Source: the human T2T-CHM13v2.0 reference genome, Homo sapiens. From it: a stretch of 64,000 bases of DNA. Shown here in pieces: positions 1 through 16,800 of the stretch (position 1 is the stretch's first letter; each line of letters starts with the position of its first letter). A program made the translations under genes and the position numbers. The stretch lies in NCBI RefSeq assembly GCF_009914755.1, contig NC_060947.1; one strand, 5' to 3'. Below the pieces are notes generated by a model. That model ran no database searches, was not told the origin of the DNA, and saw nothing but the letters and a program-made list of their open reading frames with translations.

Positions 1-415
1 GATTAGATTGAATATTCTTATTAATTTGAATCCTGTGATAAATATGATATTGTGTATGCTGCAGTTAGTTTAACACTTCAGTTGCTATAAAAGCATAATT
101 TCAATAGTATGTAAATTTAATGTAACTTTGGAGACTTAGAGTTGGTTTGTTCATTTTGATGTTAATTTATTTAAATTTTAGATATTTTAAAATAAGTTTG
201 TGTAGGCCTGGTAATGTATTTTATTCCAATGTCATTATATTTTGAAATTAAAGTTACTTTAAAATAGGCTCCAAGGAGGTGTTAGTTAAATTACTAGTAA
301 TGCATTTGGATGCTCTGAAAAAAGTATACTTGTCAAGGAATAAACATAATGGGATGGCAGTAGAATCCCTTTATAATGCTGCTGTTACATGGACACTATC
401 TGTTATGAGGACTGA

Positions 416-776
<361 letters not shown>

Positions 777-787
777 CCCTTCCACTT

Positions 788-1115
788 TTTAAACAACAGA
801 AATGAAACTTATTAAGTAGGGGCCTTCGATCTGGAGGCTGGGAAGTCCAAGGTCTATGTGCTAGCATATTCCTTTTTTGGTGAGGGCCCTTTTCCTGGCT
901 TTCAGACTGTTCCCTTCTCACTGTATCCTCACATATTAGGAAGAGGAAGCTTTGGTGTTTCTTCCTCTTATAAGGGTGCTAATCCTATCTGGGGTTTCCA
1001 CCCTCATGATGTCATCTAAACCTAATTACTTCCCAAAGATCCCACCTCCTAATACAATCACATTGCAGGTTGGACTTCAACATTTATTTTGCGGGGGACA
1101 TAAACATAGTCCATA
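788..1115 (-). mobile_element. MaLR solo LTR fragment (MLT1-like)
   Basis: aaacaacagaaa..ctggaggctgggaagtccaagg..gggggacataaacatagtccata resembles MLT1 reverse complement. Confidence 0.75.
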
Positions 1116-1265
1116 ATTGGTGTTTTCATAAAAAGACCATATATCAAACAGTAGTGTGGTGCACAGTAAATAAGTGCCATGGGCGTTCAGATTAGAGAAA
1201 AACTATTGAGGTGAGACAGCTAGTAAGGTAGAAAGACAGACAATGTGTTGTTCATTTATGTATCT

Positions 1266-1625
1266 GGCTTAATCTGTTCAGGCTGCTATAACAAAATACC
1301 ATACGTGGATTAGCTTATACACAACAGAAATTTATTGCTCAAAGTTCTGGAGGCCAGGAAGTCCAAGATCAGGATACTAACAGATTTGATGTATGGTGAG
1401 GACTTACTCTATGCTTCATAGATGGCACCATCTTACAACCTTCTTACCTGACAAAAGGGGCAAACAAGTTCCTTTGGGTCTCATTATGTGGCACTAATTC
1501 CATTCATGAAGGTTCCATCCTCATGAAATAGTTGCCTCCCCAACGGCCCTAACTCTTAATACTATTACATTGGGATTAGGTTTCAAAATAAATTTTGGGG
1601 AGACATAAACATTCAGACCATAGTA
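1266..1625 (-). mobile_element. MaLR solo LTR (MLT1A-like)
   Basis: ggctgctataacaaaataccata...ggagacataaacattcagaccatagta, both MLT1A-type ends present. Confidence 0.85.
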
Positions 1626-2014
1626 GTATTCTTAGTGCCGAGTACAATGCCTGAAACAAAGTAGGCATTCAAGAAAGGTATGCTAAATTGAAGAATTAAA
1701 AATCATGGAAATAGATATTTTGAATTGGCAGGCATCTTACAAATCAGGTAGTCCAAGTTGCCCAGACCATTTCAACTCCGCTAGGAACATTAAAATAACA
1801 CAAAGCCATTTTACACTCATTAAATTGCCAAAAAAAAAAAAAAAGTCTGATAATACCAGCTCTCATTTTCTGCTCATGAGACTGTAAATAGGTAAAATCA
1901 TGTTGGAGAGCAAATTGGCATCATTAACTGAAGTTAAAGATAACTCTATCCTGTGATATAACAAATCTCATTTAATATACAGACTCTAGAGAATGTCTCA
2001 CCTATGTGATTGAT

Positions 2015-2466
2015 TGTATTAGTTTTCTGGGGCTGCCATAACAAACTAACATAAACTCGGTTGCTTAAAAGCTTAGAAATTCATTGTCTCATAGTCCTGG
2101 AACCCAGAAATCTGAAATTAAGGTATCAGCTTCCCTCCCTGTGATGGCTCTAAGAAAGAATTCTTCCTTACCTCTTTCAGCTTTGGATGGATCCAGAGAT
2201 TCCTTGGCTTCTGGCTGCATAACTCCAATCTTTTCTTCCAAATTCGTGTCATCTTCTGCTTTTCCTAGTGTAACTCTTCTCTGTATGTCTTTTATAAGTT
2301 TATTTGTCATTGGATTTAGAGCCCATTCAGATAATCTAGGATTGATCTCATTTTGAGATCCTTAATTATATTTGCAAAGATCCTTTTTCCAAGAAAAGTC
2401 ACATTCACAGGTTCCATGAGTTTGAATATGGACATTTTTTTTGGTGGCCACCATTCAACCCACTAT
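2015..2466 (-). mobile_element. MaLR solo LTR (MLT1C/D-like)
   Basis: tgtattagttttctggggctgccataacaaa...ccattcaacccacta. Confidence 0.8.
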
Positions 2467-3238
2467 TTCAGCAAATATTTAAAGCAGTGGTCTGTACCAA
2501 AACTAACTATGACCTCCCTGTCATTTGTTCTGGTCTTCTAGTTCCTTGTAGGTCACAGGTTATCTCACTGCAACTTCAGTAATAAAAAAATTTGAGGGAA
2601 AAGTGATAGTAGCTTTATTTCATTACTTATATATTTCTTGAGACTAGTTTTATGGCCTGGCATATAGTCTATTCTGGTTAATGTTCCAGGTTAATGTTCC
2701 AGTTATGCTTGAAAAAAAAGGTATAGTCTATATTTGGTTAAAGCATTTCATAAACATCATTTAGATCAAGTCAGTTGGTAGTGATGTTCAAGTCTCCTAT
2801 TTTTTTAAAAACTATTTTCTGTCTACTTATTCTACCAATTATTGAAGAGGCACAGCGAAATCCCCAATTATAATTATGGATTTATCTATTTTTAGTTCTA
2901 TCAGTACATTTGCTTCTTGATTTTTGAAACACCATTATTATATACACATTGAAGATTATGTCTTCTTTATTAAATGATCATTACATAATCATAGATTGTA
3001 CTTCTTTATCTTTGGTCATATTCGTTGTCCTGACTCTGTTGTGTAATTATTTACCTACTCTAGCTTTTTTATTATTATGATTTGTGTGATATATCATTTT
3101 GTATCCTTTTACATTTAACCCATTTTTATCTTTATATTAAAGTGAGTCAGGTAGACAGCATATATTTGGGTAATTTTTTAATGCTTTGTGAAAATGTCTG
3201 CCTTTTAATTGATATGGTTAATGCATTTACATTTCATG

Positions 3239-3415
3239 CAGTGGGCCCTTTGTGTCTGCAGTTTTCACATCTGGAGACACAACCAACGGAGAAATAGTGG
3301 ATGCAGAACCTGTGGATATGGAGGGCTGACCATGAGGGACTTGAGCATGTGTGGATTTTGGTATCCAAGAGGGGTCCTGGAACAAAGCCCCCATGGATAC
3401 CTAGGGATAACTGTA
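3239..3415 (-). mobile_element. MER2-family Tigger DNA transposon (internally deleted)
   Basis: cagtgggccc...ggattttggtatcc..ggtcctggaac..ccatggatacctagggataactgta; MER2-type terminal repeats. Confidence 0.8.
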
Positions 3416-3446
3416 TAATTATTAATATGACTGTATTTATTTCTAA

Positions 3447-3824
<378 letters not shown>

Positions 3825-4493
3825 TAACTCTTTTTTTGCCACATTTGGATTGTGTGTCATTTTAACTATTCCACTTGATCTCATGTATTGGCATATTAGA
3901 TATGGCTCTTTGTTTAGTTTTCAGTGGTTACTATAGAATTTATATTATGCATCTTAACTTATGACAGTCTAGCTTTATATAGTATTGTATACTTTTTCTA
4001 TAAGCACCTTGCAATAGCATCCTTATGTTTGCACCCCCATCTTTTTTATTCTTCTCAGACATTTTACTTGTATATATGTTATAGGTCTGACCATACATCA
4101 TATTAATTTTTTCTTTAAATAATTTGTTTTGGGGAAAAATAGACTGTAAACAATCTCTTATATATTCTCACACTCTATTTCACACACATTTCTGGCACTC
4201 TTCATTCCTTTATGTAGATCTCAGTTTCTATCTGATATTAATTTTCTTTAGCCTGAAGAATTTTCTTTAAGTATTTCTTATAGTGCAGGTTTTCTTGCAT
4301 TGGATTTTGCACTGTATATTTTCAGATTATGTTTGTCTATAAATGTATTTATTTCACCTTCATTTTGGAAAGACATTTTCACAGGTTGCAGATTTCTAAG
4401 ATGACAGATTTCTCTTTTTTTTTGGTTTGTTTTCTTTCAGAAATTTAAAGATTTCATCCATTGTCTTCTGAGTTCCATTTTTTTTTTCATTTA

Positions 4494-4988
<495 letters not shown>

Positions 4989-5064
4989 TTTTTTCTTTTT
5001 CTTCAATTTTTAAGTTAAAGGGTAGATGTACAGGATGTGCAGGATTGTTACATAGGTAAATGTG
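4989..5064 (-). mobile_element. Extreme 3' end of a primate L1 (older L1PA)
   Basis: T-rich tail plus aagttaaagggtagatgtacaggatgtgcaggattgttacataggtaaatgtg. Confidence 0.75.
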
Positions 5065-5230
5065 GAGTTGCATTGTTTTTGATAAGAAGTCACCAATCAT
5101 TTTAAACTCTGTTCCCCTCTTTGTAACATGTCTGTCTTTCTGACTGCTATTAATATTGTTTTATCATTAGGTTTTGACAAAGTGATTATGATGTACTTTT
5201 GAGGTGTTTTTAATTTTTACAAATGTTTAT

Positions 5231-5419
5231 AGTCAGCTCTCTGTATCTGCATCTGTGGGGTATTGGTGCAGGACCCCCTGCAAATACCAAATTCTGCAGA
5301 TACTCAAGTCTCTTACATAAAATGGTGTGGTACATTTGGCTCTCCATATCTGCGGGTTTTGATCTGTAGTTGGTTGAATCTGTGGCTGTGAAACCTGCAG
5401 ATATAGGGAGCCGACTGTA
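5231..5419 (+). mobile_element. MER2-family DNA transposon
   Basis: ggaccccctgcaaataccaaattctgcagatactcaagtc...gagccgactgta, TA flanks. Confidence 0.75.
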
Positions 5420-6835
5420 TCTCGTTTGGGATTCTTTCCGTTCTTAAATTCGTTGGTTAGTAGTTTTCATCAAATCTGGAAAATTATGGGCCATTATTTC
5501 TTCAACTATTTGTTTTGATCTATCCCTTCAACATTTTGGAAATTTTTTCTGTAGTAGATCACTTTATATTGTCCATATGTCACTGAGGCTCTGATAGTTT
5601 TTTTAGCCTTTTTTTCCCTCTCTGTGCTTCAGATTGGTAGTTCTTTTTACCATTATCTTAATTTCACTCATCTTTTCTATTGAAGTGTCTAATCTGCTGG
5701 TAAGCCATACAGTGAAAATTTCATTTCAGATATGGTATTTTTTTCAGTTCTCGAGTCTCATTTGATTTCTTTTTTTTTGTAGTTTCATTTCTCTTATTTA
5801 TGTTAATGTTTTGCTTTATATCTTGTATATAATACTAATATCTGTTTTAAAGTGCTTACCTGCTATTCCCATCATCTCTGTCATGTCTAGATTTATTTCC
5901 AGTAAGCAATCTTTTTCTGCTTCTTCAATTACCTAGTAATTTTTTGATAGGATGCTAGTTATTAGAATGCGACATTGTTGAATGTTGGAATTTGGTTGTC
6001 TTAAAAGAGTATTAGGCTTTGTTCTAGCAGGTAGTTAACTTACATGCAAATCAACTTGATCATATTAAGACTTGTTTTTAAACTTTGCATGAATCTAAAG
6101 TAGCATTTACTCTGGATATGGTTTAGTCCTACTTCTAACATGTGTCCTTTTTCTGATTTCCAAATGCTCAATGAAGTCTCTCCCCTCTGACTGATCAGAA
6201 CTCAAATGTCTCTCGGTCCTGTGTGATCTTCAGTGGGTATTTATTCTTCTCTGGTAGTTCTTCTGATAGTTGTTCTGTGCCCATTCTCGTGGAGTCTCCT
6301 CTAAACTTGTACGGATTGATATTCAGCCAGACTCAACTAGACTCCACTGCAGATATCTGGAACTGTTTTTTTTTTTTTCTGTGGGGATTCCTCTTCTCTG
6401 GTAATGTGCCCTATAAATCCAAGCTGCCACTGCCTTCCTGATCTCCCATCTCTCTTTTTTCAGTTCTGTAAGCCTGCAGTACTCTGCATGGTTTGTCCCC
6501 TCCCTGCACTGTAATGTGTACTTCCACACACAAAGGCTGGGTGGCTATAGGGCTCACTTAATTTGTTTCCTTTCTCTCAGGGATCACAGCCCTTTGCAGC
6601 CTGTTGCCCAATGTCTAAAAACAGTTGTTTCATATATTTTGTCTGATTTTCTAGTTGTTTACAGATGGAGGTCTAGTCTAGTACCAGTTACTTCTTTATG
6701 GCCAGAAGCAGAAATCTCTAAATGTAGCTTTTATAGATGGATGAGGTGTGTTCGGTTGTCTTTCTTTAGTTAATAGGCCCTTGAATTTGTATTCATTTTT
6801 ATCTTGGGCACTGCATTTTAAAAGTAACCTTTCTT

Positions 6836-7537
<702 letters not shown>

Positions 7538-9189
7538 TTATAGTCGAATAGTCTCACAAGATACATTTTTTTTTCCCCAGATGTAAGTGAAGCCTCTTTT
7601 GAGTTCAGAGCTAAAATTAAGGACTATTTTAGATTGAGTCCCCAGGACACTCAGTTTTTCATTCTAGGTAGCACTATCTCATTTTTACATTTCCTGTGTT
7701 GTCTCTGTAGATGGTTAGAAAAGCATACTTCATCAGAACGATGGGTTACTGCCAGCACCCCTCTGTGAGATGGTTATTAAAAGCATGTCCTTTCCTCTCC
7801 AATTCAGAGTGCAAGGTTTTCACTGATGTTATATACTTGAGCTCTTCTGACACAAGGGAGAGGATAGCTAAAACAGCTCTCAAAGCTGGGTTTATAGCCT
7901 TTCCTATCATTTGGCATTTCACTGAACTAGGTGAGGTGGTTCTTAATCTTTCTCTACCTCTCTATCATTAACATGGTTGATCGTCAGTGAGAGCTGCAGT
8001 CAAACAAAAATGGAAACTTTGTAATTTATGTATAGCTTTAAAAAGGCAAAGAAATGAAGGATTATTGCAGTTGGTGCAATCCCCGATACAATTAATATCA
8101 AATGCATATAAATCCTATTAGAGATCTGTCATGGGTGAAAAAGGAATATGAAAAATGCGTGACCTATCTTTATTAGATTCAGTTAGAGAGAGACCATACA
8201 GAGCTAAGGAGCTTTACGAACTGCATATTAATCATAACCAGTCTTCTGAGATAAACCTATTTCTTGTAACTTATCAAAGCCATACAGAAGATTAGTCATT
8301 CCCTTTGGTAAAGGAATGTTTTACATATTGTTCTGAGTTTTGAACATCACAGCTTTAAAAGCTGATTAACAGATATTTTAATACTAAAATATATCTCATT
8401 GAATTATATAGCTTAGGCAGCTATTATCCTGTAATGCTACCTCAATAGGGAGATGGGCTCTTTGTCAAAACCTCTGCATCATTGTTTTGTTGCATATTGA
8501 ACAAGACACTCTAGGGAGTTGTATTAGAGACCAGACAAAAGAACTTTGCTACAGCAAGCAATCATTAAATCATGCAGAAATATTTCTTTCTTAAATCTTT
8601 ACTTTAAGCAACAATTGGTAGATGCCAGCACCATTTTTTAAATGTCACTTTCAATTCCTGAAGTCTTTTATCTCTTTGAGAAGGAGGGGAATTAGCTTAA
8701 GGGGACGGTTAAGACCATCATGTTAATACACGGTATTACTAAAGATAGGGGATGTATTAACAGCTCTAATCTGACAAAGATAATTAAGATTGTATTTTAA
8801 AAATGTGAGAGAGGGTTTCATAAGATTATGAAACTTTTAGATAAAACATAAAGACTAACAGGTATAAAATGGATTTTGTATTACTGTCTCACAAAACTTA
8901 GAGATGTTGAGTGATATAAGCATTTAGTTTCTGACCTCCTGTTACCACTTCAGTGCCCAGAATTTATGTCATGTCAATAAAAATACAGAACCATCTCATG
9001 ATGAAGATTTCTATACTTGATAATATATACCATTTTATATATTTGTTTTTATATTTCTAAAATAATAATCTTGTTTAAAAAGCTAAAAAATACTGAAGTA
9101 TATGCATTAGAAATAAAATCTCCCCACCCTACATGGTAGAGGTACTACTATTAATAATTTGGTATATAATCCTTCTAAATATTTTTTAA

Positions 9190-9969
9190 AATACATTTAT
9201 TGAAGGGATACATACACAGAAAAGTACACAAACCATAATATTACAGCTCAGTGAGTTATCTCAAAGTGAATGCACACATATAACCAATACCCAGTTCAAG
9301 AAATAGAACAATACTGTCTCTTCCCAATTCCTACTGTCCTTGTCCTCCCTAAAGACTTCCAGTAATTTGACTTGGAACAGTACAGTTTATTTCTGCCTAT
9401 TTTTTGAGTTTTACATAAAATAAATCACAGAGTATCTACTTCTACCTATCTGGCTTCTTTCACCCAATCCCATGTTTGTGAGAATCATTCACAGGCCTGA
9501 GTATAACTATAGTTTTAAATTTTGTTCTTCTGTAGCTGGGGTTGGGCACCTTATTCTAATAAGCCGTAAATATTTTAGGCTTTGTGGGTCATATGGTCCC
9601 TGACACAGCTTTCGTAAAACAAAAACATCAATAGATGATATGCAAATGAATGTGATTTTGCTCTATTAAAACTTTATTTGTAAAAATAGGCTTCAGGCTA
9701 GATTTGGCCTATGGACTGTAGTTTGCCATACATGCAATAAATAAATAGAATACTCTAGTATACTGTAGTATTTCATTGTATGAATATATCACAATTAGCT
9801 GAGCCATTCAAATATTAGCAGACATTTGTGTTTTTGGTATGAATGCCCTTGGAATGTGGTTTTGTATAAATATGCATGCATTTCTGTTTGGTATATGGAA
9901 TTGCCTCATGATAGGGTATATATATAGGGTAAACTTAAGTAGTATTGCCAAATGGTTTTCCAAGGTGGT
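9190..9969 (-). mobile_element. Old L1M 3' region
   Basis: acagctcagtgagttatctcaaagtgaa..; tagtatttcattgtatgaata..; resumes after the MLT2A at about 10525. Confidence 0.6.
9536..9735 (+). mobile_element. MER58A-like hAT-Charlie DNA transposon
   Basis: taaatattttaggctttgtgggtcata...aaaactttattt...gatttggcc..tgtagtttgcc. Confidence 0.8.
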
Positions 9970-10519
9970 TGTATTAGTCAGCGTTCTCCAGAGGGACAGA
10001 ACTAATAGGATAGGTGTATACATGAAGGGGAGTTTATTAAGGAGTATTGACCCACATGATCACAAGGTGAAGTCCCGCAATAGGCCATCTGCAAGCTGAG
10101 GGGCAAGGAAGCCAGTCGGAGTCCCAAAACCTTTAAAGTCTGGAAGCTGACAGTGCGGCCTTCAGTCTATGGCTGAAGGCCTGGGGGCTGCTGGCAAATC
10201 ACTAGTGTAAGTGCAAGAGTCCAAAAGCTGAAGAGCTTGGAGTCTTACATTCCAGGGCAGGGAGCATCCAGCACAGGAGACAGATGATGGCCGGACGACT
10301 CCGCCAGTCTACTCATTCCACCTTCCTCTGCCTGCTTCTATCCTAGCCACACTGGCAGCTGATTAGATGGTGCCCACCCAGATTGAGGGTGGGTCTGCCT
10401 CTCCCAGTCCACTGACTCAAATGTTAATCTCCTTTGGCAGCACCCTCACAGACACACCCAGGAACAGTACTTTGCATCCTTCAATCCAATCAAGCTGACA
10501 CTCAATATTAACCATCATA
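9970..10519 (-). mobile_element. ERVL solo LTR MLT2A (length fits MLT2A2)
   Basis: tgtattagtcagcgttctccagagggacagaac...gacactcaatattaaccatcata; 550 bp; 5-bp TSD gtggt/atggt. Confidence 0.92.
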
Positions 10520-11065
10520 ATGGTAGATTAATTTACACCCCTACCAGTAGTTATACTCATCATCACTTGATATTGTCAATCTTATTAAAAGATGTTTTCT
10601 TTACTAACTTAGATTATACATAATAAATGATAATTTTATTTTTAAAATTAAAGAATGAGAGACCCTATATATCAATTTATGTTTGCCTGCTCAGAAAAAT
10701 TCATACAGAAAATCTGATATGTTAGCCCCTAATTTAACCAATATGTTAAATCTTAACTAGCCTTTAATCTTAAAATGATAAAGAATCTCCACAGCGTATA
10801 TTATGTAATTTATATACTGAACTGATTTTCATTCTCAACAGTTGCCTAGTAGTAACATTAGTGTAGCTATGCAGAACAAAGAAAGAATACCTAAGCCCTA
10901 GATAACAATTTCTGCACACATACTCTATTAATAGCACTTTCCAAAATTATCTACGATCTTTTTCTTAGAACTCAAATCCAAAGTCCTTTTTTCAAATGTA
11001 ATCTTCAAACTTGTTTTGGCATTTGATACCACCTACTACCCATTCTTTCATAAAATTCCTGTGCT

Positions 11066-11492
<427 letters not shown>

Positions 11493-12409
11493 TCATATTA
11501 TCAGCCTTATTTGGATGCTCCTAAATTTACATCTTCAATCCAGACTTCTCACCTGCCTAATGGCCTTATATTTTCAGATACCTAGAAGGTATCACCTTTT
11601 ATCTCATTTTCTCAAATTTAAATATCCAAAGTAAAACTCAAAATGTTGATATTCATTTTCTCTCTCTGCCTCTGCCATCCTCTCTACCACCCTAAAGTCC
11701 CAACATTCCCCATTCTCCATTTAGCAAATAAAGATAGTAGAAAGAAGTGTTTTATTAAGCATTGATAAGTAGCAAAAGATAGAATAATTTCTATTGTTGG
11801 TTAAATGAAAGATAAGGGAAGGAATGACACATTTTATATAACGCTTATTAGGAAAGAAATGTGCTGTAGTCCAAGTAATATGAAATATTATTAATTTTAA
11901 TATTCATTCACCAAACACCAATCATTTTACAGTGATAATTTGGGATAGTTAGGCAAGTTAATTTTGGAAAATAGTGCAAAAGTAGAGCTAGATCATTCTA
12001 ATTGAACAATGATAATAGTTCAGTTCTTTTAGTGTTCCAAAAATAAAATAATAAATATATGCTAAAATTTAAAAATAATTTATTCAGCATAAATAAATGA
12101 TAACTATCATCTTGAAAAAGTAATTGCTCTGGGTAGTAACAAAAAGCCTGTCTTTCCAGTGAGGCACTAATGTCCTCTGAATCTAAATGGAGTTATTTTC
12201 AAACTTTTGAGAAAAGCATATAATTTATCAGGGTGTCATTTTTAAATGTGGAAGCCCTTAATCTCATAAGGAATGAGGAGAGCCACTGAAATTCTTTAAT
12301 ATTCTCTAACATGCAAACAAAAAGTAGGGTAATACTGAGGTGAGTTCCCTGGTGATAACCCTGGCAACTTATTAGGGTTTAATATAGGCAAAATAATGGG
12401 AATGCCTAG

Positions 12410-12730
12410 ATGTTCCAGGCATTATTCTAGCAGATTATCAGTACATTCTAGTAGGACAGATTAAAAAAATGTATGTATTCATGCATACATCCATATACAT
12501 ACACATATATATTTATACACACACACACATACAAACACACACATATATATACACATACATATATAATCATAGGTGTAAGTGCTATCCCGAAAAGAAATAG
12601 AGCAGAGTAAGGAGTACCATGGGGTGGGTGTTGCAATTTTAAGTAGGATGATCAGGGTGGGCCTTGTGGAGAATGTGATACTTGAGCAAAGATGGGAACA
12701 AGGCAAGGTAGTGAGCCAAGAAGATATCTG
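12410..12730 (-). mobile_element. L2 fragment with internal (TA/CA)n tract
   Basis: tgttccaggcattattcta..; aggatgatcagggtgggcctt..gagcaaagat; microsatellite at about 12480-12565. Confidence 0.55.
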
Positions 12731-13676
12731 GTATGGTTATATTTAGTAGGTTTTTTTTTACTTGTTTCTCACTTTACTCCTGAAAGGATTCAGTGCCTGC
12801 ATTATTTAGGTGGTCAAAACTAAATAAAAACTTGATATATTAACATTTTATTCCTTTGGTAATATAGGGGGACCATGCTAAAGAGAACTTAGTCCACTCT
12901 GGGGAAGTGCTACGTCAAACTTTTGTTTGACTGTCAGAGCTCTCACTGGGGTACCTACCATGCTGCCACGGGGTGGAGTATTTCACTGTAATGTTTCTAT
13001 ACCTTATGAAATTGACTTAGATTGAAAATATCCCACCACTTTAGCCCCTGAGCCTGATTCTTTTTAAGTGCAGATTTTCTAATCTAAAAATCAAATAAGA
13101 GAGAATATGAGAAGGTTCAATGGAAAATCCTAGGTAATGTATAGCTGTGTAACAGTGACTCTTTGGAAACGTTTCTTCTGATGTTATTATCTATTGAGTG
13201 GAATAATGCTGATTATTTCTGGTTAGATAAAGGGGAAGGCAGATAAGACCTTAGGGTAGCCCATAAATCACATAGTATAGGAAATTACCTTTTCCAATTA
13301 TGTAGAAGCTGCCCTTGTTGCTGACTTTCCCCATTATTCACCATCACTATAATTGGGAAAACCAGAAAGCTTGGCAAGAGAAATTTGAATAGCGAGCTCT
13401 TAGTTTGTTATGTTGCTGCTATCACTGGTATAAACACAGGTGTAGTTTTACAGGATGTTTGGTGATTATTCTATGCAGAAACCTAATAGTCGTGTCACAA
13501 ATTTCTACCTCAGTATCCAGAATCCTATAATCTGTTTTGGGAATTTTCCTTTTACTTATATGTAATTTTACAGATAAATCCTCAGTTTTCTAGTATGGCA
13601 TTTCACCACTGATGCTGAAATTAGAACATTGAGGGCTTGTAATTTGAAAATGTAAAGATTAGAAATTATATTTCAT

Positions 13677-14383
<707 letters not shown>

Positions 14384-14578
14384 TAACATTAGCTCATTCT
14401 TTATTTGCTTAGCCAATTATATACATTTTTACCCTTGCAACAAAGAAGGATAGGCATAGATGTTCTGGACTTATTGTTGAAGGAGAATCCAGGTTAATAA
14501 TCTGACTAGGCTAGTGGACAAATTTAAGTAAGGAAAGGAACATAGTTAACTATCATAGGTCTGATACACACGTTTCAG

Positions 14579-14981
14579 TGTTAAAGAGGAATCACTAATA
14601 GTCTATTATTCACAGATAAACTGAGGTACATGAAAATGTTAAAGAGTTTATTTTAGCAAATAAACTCTTGAATCCAGCAATCCCAGATGATAAGTGGCTC
14701 AGGAGTTCCACCCAAGAAACATGAGGTGAAGACTTTTGTCAGATGAATACAGAAGCAAGGCAAAGAAAATAGTTTGATTGGCTAACGTGGAGCGGTAGCC
14801 TTATTTGGATCATTCAAATGAAAAGTCCCCAGTTAGAGATTAGTTTCGAATTGATTACACTTAATTTTCGTTTTCCTAAAATGTGATTGTTACACTGAGT
14901 TGGGTTTCAGTTTGCTTACATAGGATCCCAGGATGCTGGGTCCCCTCAGTCTTATGGCCTCCTGATTAATTAATTTTAACA
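14579..14981 (-). mobile_element. ERV1-class solo LTR (MER93/MER57-like)
   Basis: TG..CA termini tgttaaa...ttttaaca; gggtttcagtttgcttac..ggcctcc..attaattaattttaaca resembles the MER93 start on the minus strand. Confidence 0.6.
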
Positions 14982-15253
14982 CTAGGAAACTGGGAAACAG
15001 AATCTGGGACTGAAGAAGAGGGTCTGAGCTAAGAAAAAAGTCCTAAACAGAGGTCAGAGACACTAGGCAAAGGAAAAAGTGTGCCAGGAATTCAATAAAC
15101 TTGGTGTGGAGCTAAAGCCTTTACAATTATGGGCTTTCCTACTGATAAGAGTAGATCACTGCAGGAAGGACACTCAGAGGACACCTGGTCTATGAGGCTA
15201 TTGGGGAGGATGGAACTCCATCTACCACAAGTGAGATTTGGTATTGTAGAAAT

Positions 15254-15256
<3 letters not shown>

Positions 15257-15286
<30 letters not shown>
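15257..15286. repeat. Poly(A)30 homopolymer
   Basis: 30 uninterrupted A, no attached SINE/LINE body visible. Confidence 0.95.
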
Positions 15287-15290
<4 letters not shown>

Positions 15291-16654
15291 CCTTGTGATC
15301 CTTAAAAAAAGATTTGAGCCCTGTTTGAGGTTGATCTTTTATATGAATTAAAAGTAATTATATCTCAAAGAATCAGTGTAAAATGTATGTATTGTTTGGT
15401 TTCATGACCCTTTGTTATTACTTACCACTCTACCACTGCAGTTCCTAGGTACTTTAATTCAGTTGCCATCCTTCCCACTCTCTCTGAGCTCCATAATAGT
15501 GCTGATTTAACAAATACTCACTAAATAGACAAAACCCTACTTACCATTAATTATGAACTGAAATGAAGCATAAATGTGGAATAAATAAAGGATATAATGA
15601 GAAAATGTACAAAATGCTTCAAATGCACCAGTACCCATTATATATCACTCTAAAAATTAATCATTATATTAAAGTTATAGTGACAAAATGTTTTTTACTA
15701 AGCAGAAGTAAAATTTTTGTGCATTCTTTCTCTATCCCACCTCATATTTTGAATATATCTGCAAAGCTGGTTTAAATCTTGCTTAAAATTTTATGTTAAA
15801 AAATGTATGCACATCACATAAACATGGTAATGCTCAATTGTCCATTAAGGAAGACATTTCACATTTTCAACATGAATGCTTTTCTATTCTAAACATTTTT
15901 ATTAAGCCATTTATTCAACCAGAGGCCTGCACAGTAAGCAATAGTGTAGTTGTTTTTCAACTAGTACTCTGTCAGGAACTTAGATAGAAATACCACATTG
16001 AGAAAAAAAGTCTTTAACAGAAATCTAAAAACAATCATTGGTGTTGGACTGTAAAATTAGTTTAGAGTTGGATTTTATGACTTTTTAAGGATACTACCTG
16101 TAAGTTCTTTTACTATTTTTACCATTTCTCTTAAATTTTCTTCTATTGATGGTTGTTTTAAATTACGTGATGCCAGAGATTGTATTTGTATCCTTTTTCT
16201 CCACTCGGAAATGCTTTTTATACTGCCTTGAATAGTACCATGTATTTATGTATTTTAAAGGTGTTTTAAGACATGCTTGGTAAAGATGTTATTAATTGCT
16301 TATGCATATTTCACTGATTGACATATACAATAAAATAGTAAATTATTAAACTTTTTAAACACCCAGCCACAAATATTGTTTCCTTGATATTGCATGACAA
16401 CTTTGCATAGTGCTCTATTAAGTATTTAATATAAACAAGATATCTCTCTCTCCACCCACTTTTCCTCTCCGTCTTCTCTCCATTGCAACTTTTCTGGAAA
16501 CTTCTTCCTAGTCCAGTAGTAGCTGGAAGAGAATTCCTCTTATTCCAAAAAAGTAATCTCCCTATTTCAAAGTACAAATAAATCAATATGTTTGCAGATC
16601 CCAGCTTCATATTGTATGGCGGTCTTTAAAAAAAAAATGTGGTTAAAAAAAAAA

Positions 16655-16800
16655 AAACATAACCTGAGATCTACCCTCTTAAGAATTTTTTAAGTGAATA
16701 GTACAATATTGTTAACGACAGATATAATGTTGTATAACAAATCTCCAGAACATTTACATCTTGCATGACTGAAACTTTATGCCCATTGCACCACAACTCT
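16655..16800 (-). mobile_element. L1MA-type 3' end (left part; continues 23274-23655)
   Basis: gagatctaccctcttaa..tctccagaacatttacatcttgcatgactgaaacttta. Confidence 0.75.
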
